Source: Candidatus Bathyarchaeota archaeon (lineage in GTDB: Archaea > Thermoproteota > Bathyarchaeia > 40CM-2-53-6). Taken from it: a stretch of DNA of 64,000 bases. Position 1 is the first letter of the stretch. Each line of letters opens with the position of its first letter. The position numbers and the translations under genes are program-made. This document shows positions 18,666 to 26,997 of the stretch, one piece after another. The notes under the pieces were generated by a model. That model ran no database searches. It saw only the letters and a program-made list of their open reading frames with translations, and had not been told where the DNA came from. The stretch spans positions 1,248,001 through 1,312,000 of the forward strand of contig CAVSBL010000002.1 of assembly GCA_963726255.1 (NCBI GenBank). The letters run 5' to 3'.

Positions 18666-19472
18666 TTGGCAGCTGCCTTGAGCTACGTCGACGCCCACCT
18701 GCACCTAGCGGACACCGGCTACGCAGGCCGAACAGAACAAGCCATAGCTGATGCCGACAAGAACCACGTTGAATATCTTCTCTCAAACGCAGTCGATTAT
18801 GAGACGGCAATTAAAACGATAGCCTTGGCGAGGCAACATCCCTCGAAGGTTCTCGCGGCCGTAGGAGTTCATCCGTGGACAGTCACGAACACAACGAATT
18901 ATTATCTCGGAAAATTTGAACAACTCATAGACGAAAATGTTGGTTACGTGAGTGCAATTGGCGAGATAGGGCTCGACGGAAAGTACAGCAAAGATCAGAA
19001 GATCAAGGAACGCCAGTTAGAAGTTTTCAGGTTTTTCCTTAAGCTAGCAGAACGCAAACGGCTCCCAGCCGTAGTCCACTCAAGGCTGGCTGTAGATGAA
19101 GTATTGGGAACCCTTCCTGACTTTCACATCCCCAAAGTCTTGTTGCATTGGTACGATGGACCAGTGAACAAGTTTCGAGTGATCAAGGAAAGAGGTTACC
19201 TGGTATCTATTGGGCCAGCAGCACTCTACTCTCAAGCAATAAGTGAAATTGCGCGCAACGCAGACTTAGGCATGATTCTAAGCGAGACTGACGGCCCTGT
19301 AAAGTATCGCGGACCCTTCGAAGGCCGGCCTACCGAGCCTTCGTTTGTTGTAGACGTGATTCGAAAGGTAGCTGAAATCAAGAATCTTGATACCGAGGCG
19401 GTGCGAGAAGCAGTCTGGCGCAATTTTGAAACCCTCATACCGCACCTGAGCGGGCGTAGGCAGCTCCACTGA
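18666..19472 (+). CDS. tatD: TatD family nuclease
   Basis: DAHLH, GVHPW, AIGEIGLD, VHSR, ETDGP. Confidence 0.92.
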   Translation: MAAALSYVDAHLHLADTGYAGRTEQAIADADKNHVEYLLSNAVDYETAIKTIALARQHPSKVLAAVGVHPWTVTNTTNYYLGKFEQLIDENVGYVSAIGEIGLDGKYSKDQKIKERQLEVFRFFLKLAERKRLPAVVHSRLAVDEVLGTLPDFHIPKVLLHWYDGPVNKFRVIKERGYLVSIGPAALYSQAISEIARNADLGMILSETDGPVKYRGPFEGRPTEPSFVVDVIRKVAEIKNLDTEAVREAVWRNFETLIPHLSGRRQLH

Positions 19473-19599
19473 CCTTGTTCGGTCTCCAATTCTTCCTTAA
19501 CTACTCGCGGCTACAGGTAAGACCTGACGTAAACGAATTCACAGGCGTGCCGGAATCCATGTTTGGAGGAACGAGCGGCTAAGCATCGTACACTATGGT

Positions 19600-19770
19600 T
19601 CACTTAAGCGAAGCAATAATTGTAATTCGGTCATTTCCAATGTTGTGAATGCCGCAACATGTACATGGGTGATAGATGGTCCCCCAACATTTCTTATGCT
19701 CCTCACATAGGCATGCAGGACAATCACCACTCCACCCTGGGTCGAGTACCCTTGACTCCGTATCAGGCAA
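19600..19770 (-). CDS. 56-aa Cys/His-rich microprotein (absent from the ORF track)
   Basis: TTG start; MPDTESRVLDPGWSGDCPACLCEEHKKCWGTIYHPCTCCGIHNIGNDRITIIASLK; TATA box TTAAATA about 25-30 nt upstream. Confidence 0.55.
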   Translation of the reverse strand: MPDTESRVLDPGWSGDCPACLCEEHKKCWGTIYHPCTCCGIHNIGNDRITIIASLK

Positions 19771-19872
19771 GCCGGCATCACGCCCTATGGCTCTATTTAA
19801 GCACCCAAATATTGGCAGTGTAACCTAAGTTACAATAGAGAGAGGACACAACCCGTCAAGAACTCGCATTAA

Positions 19873-19915
19873 GGTTCTATCTAATTGACGGGGTCTAAAG
19901 AAGGCTGACAGAACC
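19873..19915. mobile_element. 43-bp internally deleted relic with IS6-like ends
   Basis: GGTTCTATC...TGACAGAACC flanked by CGCATTAA (19865-19872) and CGCATAAT (19916-19923). Confidence 0.55.
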
Positions 19916-19920
19916 CGCAT

Positions 19921-20980
19921 AATCAAATCAAATCGCAAGCGGGACACGGCCTCTACACGGTCGTTAATGATAATCATCTTCGTGCTTGGCGTTGCAGTTG
20001 CCCCGACCACATCTATCGTGAAGTTAAATGCAAGCATATTTGGGCTGTTGAGTTCAGCCTAAGACTGCGAGAAAAAGTCAAAGAAAATGTTTTGCTCGAA
20101 CCAGTCATAATCAACGCTTGCTTGTTCTGCAAATCAGATTTGATTTTCAAGGATGGCTTACGGCATAACAAGTTTGGTGATATTCAGAAGTGGAATTGCA
20201 GATCATGTGGAAGATACTTCACGGTCAATGTTGGCTTTGAACGAATGAAGCACAATCCACAGGGAATAACCGCCGCAATGCAACTGTACTTTTCGGGCGA
20301 GAGTCTACGGAATACGGCTCGCTCGCTTCGATTGATGGGTGTTGAAGTCAGTTATCAGACTGTCTGGAATTGGATCGCGAAGTACACAGCTTTGATGGAG
20401 AAATACCTAGCCCAAATTACACCAAAAGTTAGCGACACTTGGCGAGCCGATGAGCTATACATGAAGTTTCACGGCGACATGAAATATGTTTTCGCCATGA
20501 TGGACAATCAAACCCGATTCTGGATAGCCCAAGAAGTAGCCGACACCAAAGACACGCATGACGCACGGCACTTATTCCAAATGGCGAAAGAGAAAGCGGG
20601 AAAGAACCCGCAAATCCTCATAGCCGATGGGTTGCGCTCATACCATGATGCGTGGCTGAAAGAGTTTCGGACCAACAAGCTATCGGATAGCACCGTTCAC
20701 ATTCGCCAAATCACTTTGGCGGGTCAGCACAATAACAACAAGATGGAGCGACTTAACGGTGAGATTCGTGACCGTGAGAAGGTTACTCGTAACCTCAAGA
20801 AACCGGATAGCCCCCATCTTAACAGGTTATCAGATTTACCACAACTATGTTCGCCCACACATGGGCTTAGACGGCAAAACCCCAGCAGACGTGGCGGGAA
20901 TCAAGGTTCAGGGAGACAACAAGTGGAGAACACTCATAGAAAATGCAAGCACAAAGCGAATAATCCGCCAAATTCGATAA
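19921..20980 (+). pseudogene. IS6-like DDE transposase (SWIM + Zn ribbon), 5'-truncated and frameshifted at ~20815
   Basis: CSCPDH..CKHIWAVE, WRADE, LIADG, NNKMER. About 30 N-terminal aa missing relative to the 24035-25168 copy; extra C in a C5 run. Confidence 0.85.
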
Positions 20981-21058
20981 GAAGCCCTTCGAACTCAGAA
21001 GTCAAGAACATAGTGTGACTTGCATCGTGCATTGGCGAGAATCTTCTCGCTTAAGCTC

Positions 21059-21382
21059 TTATTGGGCGTCTGGAGCTGGGGTCAGCCCGAGCGCCTTTCT
21101 GACATCTTTCTCCGCGTCATCTGAACCTATTGTATGCGTACTCCAGGCCAAAAACAAACCAAGCGGTGTCCAGCAAAAGTCTAACTGTCTTTCAGGTTGC
21201 TGGTTTGTCTTTCTGATCCGATCAAGAATCGCATTGATTCTTCTAGTGGCCTCCTCAAGCTCAGAATCATGGAAGTCGGTAAGTCTTTCTGCGCTGGCAA
21301 GCACTGCATCATTACAGCCTGTTCCTGCTCCACAACAGTGCATCACACCCTTCTCGGTCCACCCATGTTTACTTTCTATCAT
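21059..21382 (-). CDS. Hypothetical protein (paralog of 21389-21706)
   Basis: Shares AE.LT..H..ELE.AT..INAILD..R..N..P.R.L.F..TP.G.F..W..H....DD.E..V.KALG with its neighbour. Confidence 0.75.
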   Translation of the reverse strand: MIESKHGWTEKGVMHCCGAGTGCNDAVLASAERLTDFHDSELEEATRRINAILDRIRKTNQQPERQLDFCWTPLGLFLAWSTHTIGSDDAEKDVRKALGLTPAPDAQ

Positions 21383-21388
21383 AGCGAT

Positions 21389-21706
21389 TCACTTTATCCC
21401 AAGCGCTTTATAGACCACATCCTCATCGTCATCAAAACTCACAACGTGCCGAGTCCAAACGATAAAGGGACCGTCAGGAGTTCTTATGAACGCAAGCTCG
21501 CGAGTGGGATCATGATTCTTCTGTCGCAACGTATCCAGAATTGCGTTTATCTCTTTGGTGGCTTGCTCAAGTTCAACAGGATGACACTCTGTTAAGTGCT
21601 CTGCGCCAACCAACTCGCAATAAACCTGACCGTTAACATGTGACGTAAAGCAAACTATGCCAGTCCCTTTCGGGTTGCAAGCCCAATCATAAACCGCTGT
21701 TCTCAT
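21389..21706 (-). CDS. Hypothetical protein (paralog of 21059-21382)
   Basis: Same shared motif; 6-nt gap to its partner. Confidence 0.75.
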   Translation of the reverse strand: MRTAVYDWACNPKGTGIVCFTSHVNGQVYCELVGAEHLTECHPVELEQATKEINAILDTLRQKNHDPTRELAFIRTPDGPFIVWTRHVVSFDDDEDVVYKALGIK

Positions 21707-21944
21707 GAGAACTCAGAATAAATATGACTCGACAGGATTTAACACTTTCCAGTGCATAGAGACTAAACACGATTGCCGAGATCAACCGACGAATCTTGAC
21801 AACGACAAAAACCAAACCAATCAGGCAGAACCGACGGCAACTTGACAGCACCCGCATTAGGGTTCTGTCAAACCCTAGGGAGATAATTGTCATTGTCAAA
21901 AGCGGGAGATGCCTAGGAGGCGAACGTTAACTTCAAAATCTTTC

Positions 21945-22418
21945 TCATGGGAGACTGAGTAGACCTTCGGACAACGCCCACACAATCAATGTTCCAATCC
22001 AGAGAATCGCCAAATAAGAGCAGAGCATGATTCCAAGGATAGTCTTTGACCTTATGCGAAACAAGTGAATCATGCGTTTTCCGATTATTACCGAACCTTT
22101 CTGCCTTAATGTCTGCAAATAATGTTGAGTCTTAAGTCCCATCTTGTTCTTCGTTTCGATCTCAAGCATCCGTTCTCGACAAACATCTCTTATTCCTATG
22201 CTTCTATTTACAAATAGACCCCAGCCGCCTAAGACAATACTCGATAATAGTGCTACCGCGCCCAATCGCGCAAAGCCAATGTGACTACTAAGAACGAAAC
22301 CTGTAGCCGCTAATGAGCCTCCAAACAAGAAGGACCCCCAGCTCCAGTTTTGTGTGTCTAAATGCTCGATTGTATGTTGGCACAGCTCGTATTCTTTAAG
22401 CAAGGGATTGTCTGTCAT
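21945..22418 (-). CDS. Hypothetical membrane protein (3 TM), transposon cargo
   Basis: LLKEYELC N-terminus, hydrophobic helices, ERMLEIE. Confidence 0.75.
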   Translation of the reverse strand: MTDNPLLKEYELCQHTIEHLDTQNWSWGSFLFGGSLAATGFVLSSHIGFARLGAVALLSSIVLGGWGLFVNRSIGIRDVCRERMLEIETKNKMGLKTQHYLQTLRQKGSVIIGKRMIHLFRIRSKTILGIMLCSYLAILWIGTLIVWALSEGLLSLP

Positions 22419-22424
22419 ACTGCG

Positions 22425-22589
22425 TTACCTTTCGTTTGGTGCTAGAAATCCATTTTTGTTATAGGTTGCCGTGAAGGCTTCTAGGTGGACCGTTGCAATC
22501 GGCCGACCTCCCCTGTTTCCTAAAGGATAAATCAGGATATTTTCGAGGTTCTGCAACGGGTCTTTAGCTCTGGTCACGGCAACCCGCAT
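22425..22589 (-). CDS. 54-aa hypothetical protein, transposon cargo
   Basis: ATG ORF MRVAVTRAKDPLQNLENILIYPLGNRGG... ending 6 nt before the next gene. Confidence 0.35.
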   Translation of the reverse strand: MRVAVTRAKDPLQNLENILIYPLGNRGGRPIATVHLEAFTATYNKNGFLAPNER

Positions 22590-22856
22590 TTATTCTTGAA
22601 ACTAGCTATTTTCGGCTTGCGTTCTGGGGATAACGCGTCGTTGTCGTTTGGTATGGGAAGGCGAGGCAAACCGTTTGGTATAGTGGATTTAGTCTAATTC
22701 GGATATGGGGTTTCGAAGTATGCTATGGCAAACTGGACAAGAATACGTGGGGTCATTACGCACAGCCGAACCTATGTGATATACACAACCACAGTCGCTA
22801 CATGCGACAATATTGGAACTCAATTTCCTGTGACCTTATTGCAAAAAATAGGGGGA

Positions 22857-23519
22857 TTAGTCCGTGTCCAATTCAGTGTATGTTTTCTTGTATTCTGGGT
22901 AATCTCTGTGGACGCGCTCACGGATTGTCTTCGGGTCAAGTGGGAAGATACGTTCCTTAATGCGTAAGATAGTTTCTTTGAATGGGTCAGCAACGGCAGA
23001 CAACAACGCAGTTGCGACTTGCATACCCGAAGGCGTTAGCTCAATCAGAACAGACTGATCCTTAGGATTTGACCCCCATGGCTGAAAGCTAGATGAAACC
23101 AAACCCTTAGAGCCCAGTCGGTCTTGGTCGGATTCCAAGTGTTCTGGGACTGGCCCCCGTGGGAATGCCACGAAATTGTCATGTGGAAATACTTCACCTA
23201 ATCCCTTTTTCCCAAGTTCCTTCCAGATATAGAACAATGTCTTGTTCACATGGTATCGTGTGGGTAACGAACCCTCTTTGAATACTCCTGGTTTTACGTA
23301 AAGTGTCAGTAGCGTCGCGATATCCCTCGGCTTAAGGTCGTATTTTTTCGCTAAAGCCTCATATTCCGCTAGAGATACTTGTGCGGGGTAGAGCCTTACT
23401 TTCCCAGTCTTCGCGTTCATGATGGCAGGCACATCCTTTAGATGTATAGGATTTCCTCGCCAATCCAGCGTATCCAGTTCGATTTTAGTGGGCAACCACT
23501 CATTTTCTATTGTATTCAT
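22857..23519 (-). CDS. Putative antitoxin: MqsA/YgiT-like ribbon plus Panacea (DUF4065/SocA-like) domain
   Basis: IHLKDVPAIMNAKTG (Cys-less ribbon); VNKTLFY, NFVAFPRGPVP, IELTPSG; ATGA overlap with the upstream gene. Confidence 0.6.
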   Translation of the reverse strand: MNTIENEWLPTKIELDTLDWRGNPIHLKDVPAIMNAKTGKVRLYPAQVSLAEYEALAKKYDLKPRDIATLLTLYVKPGVFKEGSLPTRYHVNKTLFYIWKELGKKGLGEVFPHDNFVAFPRGPVPEHLESDQDRLGSKGLVSSSFQPWGSNPKDQSVLIELTPSGMQVATALLSAVADPFKETILRIKERIFPLDPKTIRERVHRDYPEYKKTYTELDTD

Positions 23520-23773
23520 TTTCTCATTATCCTTTTTTGTTTCTGCGCTTCTCTCACGCCTATGATGGTAATCTTGCCTCCTTCTCGGTGGCAACTTACG
23601 CCATACCTGTTTCCATCAGGTAGCGTCACCATCTCTTGCCATTTTCCTTTAGCCTTAGGTCGTGACGCATAAGGGTTCTCTGCCATCTTATGCCGGATCT
23701 GCTCAAGTACGGCAGGAGGCAGTTTAGTAAAGACATCTTCGGCAACGATAATGTCTACATAGTTTTCTGTCAT
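23516..23773 (-). CDS. Putative RelE/MqsR-like toxin
   Basis: 85 aa, basic, RelE-like layout (FTKLPPAV...ENPY...RYGV...ITIIGV); translationally coupled to the putative antitoxin. Confidence 0.5.
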   Translation of the reverse strand: MTENYVDIIVAEDVFTKLPPAVLEQIRHKMAENPYASRPKAKGKWQEMVTLPDGNRYGVSCHREGGKITIIGVREAQKQKRIMRK

Positions 23774-24034
23774 GTGAGCCTACGCCTTGGTGTGGCGAGG
23801 CGAGGCATCCAATGTGTGTCCCTTTGCCACTGAGGAGGACTTGACTCGATTACATAGGCGTACTAATGGACATGGTTGTTCTAATTTAACTGTTACTCGT
23901 GATAATCGTGATTCGTATGTTCGAATCATAGATAGAGGCTCCGCTTCTTTCCATGAGAGAGCTGTGTGAATGAATATAAAGCACCTTTGATGGGATTTTT
24001 CGCTGGAATTTGACGGAAAGGTAGCCAAACTCGT

Positions 24035-25168
24035 CTATTTCTTGCTTCTACTAGCATTTTGGATTATCGTAAACCATTTGTCTTGTCCATTGATTTGGAT
24101 ACCTGCCTTCTCGGCTGGTGTTTTGCCATCTAACGCTTCGTGTGGGCGTATGTAGTTGTGGTAAATCTGATAGCCTCTTAGGATTGGTGTGTCCGATTTC
24201 TTTAGGCCGCGAAAGACCTTTTCTCTGTCCCTGATTTCTCCATTGAGTCGTTCCATCTTATTGTTGTGATGCGTTCCTGCGAGCGTGATATGTCGAATGT
24301 GCGTTGTGCTAGTCTCTAGCTTGTTCGTTCGGAATTCTTTGAGCCACGCATTATGATATGACCGCAAGCCATCAGTTATGAGAATCTTAGGCTTCTTCTC
24401 TGCGACTTCCTTAGCTATTTGGAATAGGTGTTGTGCATCGTGGCGTTCCTTTGAATCGGCTACTTCTTGAGCTATTAGGAATCGGGTTTGGTCGTCCATG
24501 ATTGCGAACAGATATTTCATGTCGCCCTTGATTTTCACGTATAATTCGTCTGCTCGCCATGTGCCTGAGACTTGGGGCGTGATGTTGTCTAGGTATTTCG
24601 CCATTAGAGCCGTGTATCGCTTAATCCAGTTGTAGATTGTTTGGTGCGATACTTCCACGCCTTGAAGTCGCAGAAACTTCTTGGTGTTCCGTAGGCTCTC
24701 ACCTGTGAAGTAGAGTTGAAGTGCACTCGTAACGATTTGCGGTGTGGCCTTCAATCGCTCGAAACCTAAGTTTCTCACGAAACGCTTTCTACAACCTTTG
24801 CATGTGAACCGTTGAATGTCCCCGTTCTTGTTGTGACGTAAGCCATCTCGCACTAGGGCTTGCGAACCGCAGTAGAGGCATGTGGTTAGGTCGAGTGGTT
24901 TGATTACTACTTGGTTGCTGACTTCGGCTCGTAATGCTTGCGAGAATTCGACAGCCCAAATATGCTTACACTTAACCTCACGATAGATATGGTCGGGGCA
25001 GGAACAACGCCAAACACGCCCACGTCTCACAACGGAATAGAGGCCGTTGCCTGATTGTGAGGATACTTGGTAGGTTCGGTCATCTAGGCGTTTCACTTGG
25101 TTGCCTAGTTTAACGATAGCTTGAGCTTTCATCACGCGACTTTCGCTCAACGGTTGTTCGGTTCGCAT
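24035..25168 (-). CDS. IS6/IS240-like DDE transposase with SWIM and Zn-ribbon N-terminus
   Basis: CSCPDH..CKH, CLYC..CKGC, HTH (GESLR..VSHQTIYNWI), DDE in WRADE / LITDG / NNKMER, YNYIRPHEAL. Confidence 0.92.
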   Translation of the reverse strand: MRTEQPLSESRVMKAQAIVKLGNQVKRLDDRTYQVSSQSGNGLYSVVRRGRVWRCSCPDHIYREVKCKHIWAVEFSQALRAEVSNQVVIKPLDLTTCLYCGSQALVRDGLRHNKNGDIQRFTCKGCRKRFVRNLGFERLKATPQIVTSALQLYFTGESLRNTKKFLRLQGVEVSHQTIYNWIKRYTALMAKYLDNITPQVSGTWRADELYVKIKGDMKYLFAIMDDQTRFLIAQEVADSKERHDAQHLFQIAKEVAEKKPKILITDGLRSYHNAWLKEFRTNKLETSTTHIRHITLAGTHHNNKMERLNGEIRDREKVFRGLKKSDTPILRGYQIYHNYIRPHEALDGKTPAEKAGIQINGQDKWFTIIQNASRSKK

Positions 25169-25203
25169 CTCAATCCCTACCGCAATATTGCAGCACTGTG
25201 AGG

Positions 25204-25401
25204 ATGATGGTGAGAAAGGAGATACTCGGAAGTTCGGAGCGGAAAATCATTGAGGCATACGTTAGTGGAGAACGATTGAAGGGCTATACCGCAGTTCTAT
25301 TTCGAATCCGGCACATCGGATTGAGGGAAATCATTCAGGGTTGCGAACACGACCTAGCACTGTTGAAAAGACTCGCTAAGTTGGAATCAGAACGTACGTG
25401 A
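25204..25401 (+). CDS. Small hypothetical protein divergent from the transposase
   Basis: About 65-aa helical basic ORF starting 35 bp from the transposase ATG. Confidence 0.55.
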   Translation: MMVRKEILGSSERKIIEAYVSGERLKGYTAVLFRIRHIGLREIIQGCEHDLALLKRLAKLESERT

Positions 25402-26478
25402 CCCTCGTTTTACCGCGACAAGAGGCAAAAACTCGAATAGCATTGCTATTCCAACAAAGATTAGCGCAGATTCAGTAACATCTGGACTAATCTTGCCGAA
25501 CCAACCGAGAATGCCAATAAGAACCAGAATAAACGCTGTACCAATGATTATTGCCTTATGACGCGTAGGTAGTTTTGCTATTGCTAGAATCTTCGATTCT
25601 GTACAGTCCAAAGCGTTCTCATATGCAACCGCCAAAGCTGGCATTAGTTGCGTTTTCCTTAGCTTTATCTCATCTACCTTGAAGCCCTGAAAACATTGTT
25701 TGATGTTCCGCGCATCAAGTTCATGTATAGCTCGTGCCCTTGTAGTGGGGGCAATTCCGTATTCGGCCAATTCGTAAGATACGATTACCACTTGGGTCAA
25801 TTCTCGTTTTTCTGAATCTGGGCAAACCACAACAAACAAGTGCTGTTCTCCTGCACCAGTACGAAATAGCCAAATGTTGTGGCGTACCTCCTCCTGCTCC
25901 TCGATGCCCAGTGTGTATTGAAAATCGGCATCAATGAACTTGCCAAGCACATTGGTGTACTTCGCATGCACGAGGAATTGTTTGACTAACAAATCATCTT
26001 TAGTACCAAGCAAACCCACTAGACTCCTAGCTATTGGGGAAAGTACGGAATAGGCAACGACAAGTAGCAAGAACATTGTTACAGCTAACAAAATTCCATA
26101 CAGTGAAACAAAAGAATCCCAATTTAGTACAACCAAGAATCCGCGCCTGTAAAGTAGGTCGAGAATTAGTACCGCTATGATTGGAGTTACTAGAACTTGA
26201 ATCTGCGTGGGAGATACGAATCTCTTCGGCTGAAAGGTTAGAGACGCACCTACGGAATATGCGACGACGAAGAGATTGTAGGCCAACAGTAGTATGAGCG
26301 TTGAGGTCAAATCGGCTCGGAATACTTCTGTTACGAACCAGAGTCCGATGGCGCTGCAAGCTGTGGCTCCAAGAATTACTGCTGTAAACTGAGGCAAGAT
26401 TCCCTGTTTCTGCAATCTTGACTGGTATGAAGCCAAGGATTTTCCCGACCTTAGTCCAGCAATTTGCAAACTTAACAT
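25387..26478 (-). CDS. Hypothetical multi-pass membrane protein, transposon cargo
   Basis: 363 aa; about 4 N-terminal and 2 C-terminal TM around a soluble domain. Confidence 0.75.
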   Translation of the reverse strand: MLSLQIAGLRSGKSLASYQSRLQKQGILPQFTAVILGATACSAIGLWFVTEVFRADLTSTLILLLAYNLFVVAYSVGASLTFQPKRFVSPTQIQVLVTPIIAVLILDLLYRRGFLVVLNWDSFVSLYGILLAVTMFLLLVVAYSVLSPIARSLVGLLGTKDDLLVKQFLVHAKYTNVLGKFIDADFQYTLGIEEQEEVRHNIWLFRTGAGEQHLFVVVCPDSEKRELTQVVIVSYELAEYGIAPTTRARAIHELDARNIKQCFQGFKVDEIKLRKTQLMPALAVAYENALDCTESKILAIAKLPTRHKAIIIGTAFILVLIGILGWFGKISPDVTESALIFVGIAMLFEFLPLVAVKRGSRTF

Positions 26479-26619
26479 TTGGCCTCAACCGAGAGTAAGC
26501 GCCATCTCCCGCATTTGACGGATGATTTTGTCTCCCGTCGATTTGACAGAACCCGCATTAGCAAAGTTTATGTTGAATGCGCCTCGCTGTGTGCTCAGTT
26601 TCAACTAAGGTGGCTACGT

Positions 26620-26871
26620 TTGGGGAAGGTACGCACCGACACTGTGAAGCGAGTTTCGAGAGAGGTACTTAGAAGGTTCCCTGAACGTTTCGCCGGCGAC
26701 TGGGAATCGGACAAGCAGGCCGTCAACGACCTAGTCTCGACACAGTCCAAAAGGTTGCGTAACAGAATAGCGGGCTACGTCACTAGGCTAAAGGTTGTGG
26801 AAGCGGAACGCGCAGCCGCTACTGAGGTTGCTGCTGAGGCTCCTGAAGCAGAGGAACCCAGCGAAGAGTGA
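26620..26871 (+). CDS. rps17e: 30S ribosomal protein S17e
   Basis: MGKVRTDTVKR...SKRLRNRIAGYVT; TTG start with AAGGTGG SD; TATA-like AAAGTTTATG at ~26563. Confidence 0.93.
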   Translation: MGKVRTDTVKRVSREVLRRFPERFAGDWESDKQAVNDLVSTQSKRLRNRIAGYVTRLKVVEAERAAATEVAAEAPEAEEPSEE

Positions 26872-26997
26872 AGCGTTCCTCTGTAGTCTAGTTCTTTGCG
26901 GGAAACACTAAAAGGGCAGTCCATGCTCTCCCGAACGAAAATTCGAACTGCGCCGTAATAGGCGTGGACAAAACTCGCTGGAAAGGGTTGAGACATA

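Larger units (their letters stand above)
19921..21852 (+). mobile_element. Left-truncated IS6-like cargo transposon
   Basis: Transposase relic plus two cargo genes, ending in TTGACAGCACC (21842-21852) followed by CGCATTAG. Confidence 0.7.
21861..26553. mobile_element. Complete 4.7-kb IS6-like cargo transposon with TIRs and 8-bp TSD
   Basis: Perfect 12-bp TIR GGTTCTGTCAAA (21861-21872) / TTTGACAGAACC (26542-26553), extending imperfectly to ~50 bp; direct repeat CGCATTAG at 21853-21860 and 26554-26561; intact transposase inside. Confidence 0.88.

Noticed and set aside
21843-21870. TGACAGCACCC-GCATTA-GGGTTCTGTCA looks like an 11-6-11 Xer/dif site
   Set aside because: Better explained as two IS6-type ends around an 8-bp TSD: only a half site occurs at 26542, a DDE transposase lies inside, and no tyrosine recombinase is nearby. 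Not formally excluded.
22578-22592. AACCCGCATT resembling another end-plus-target junction
   Set aside because: The TIR match is poor and the sequence coincides with the ATG of a small ORF; probably chance.
26479-26619. Long N-terminal extension of S17e in the ORF track
   Set aside because: It runs across the transposon end and promoter; the real start is TTG 26620.
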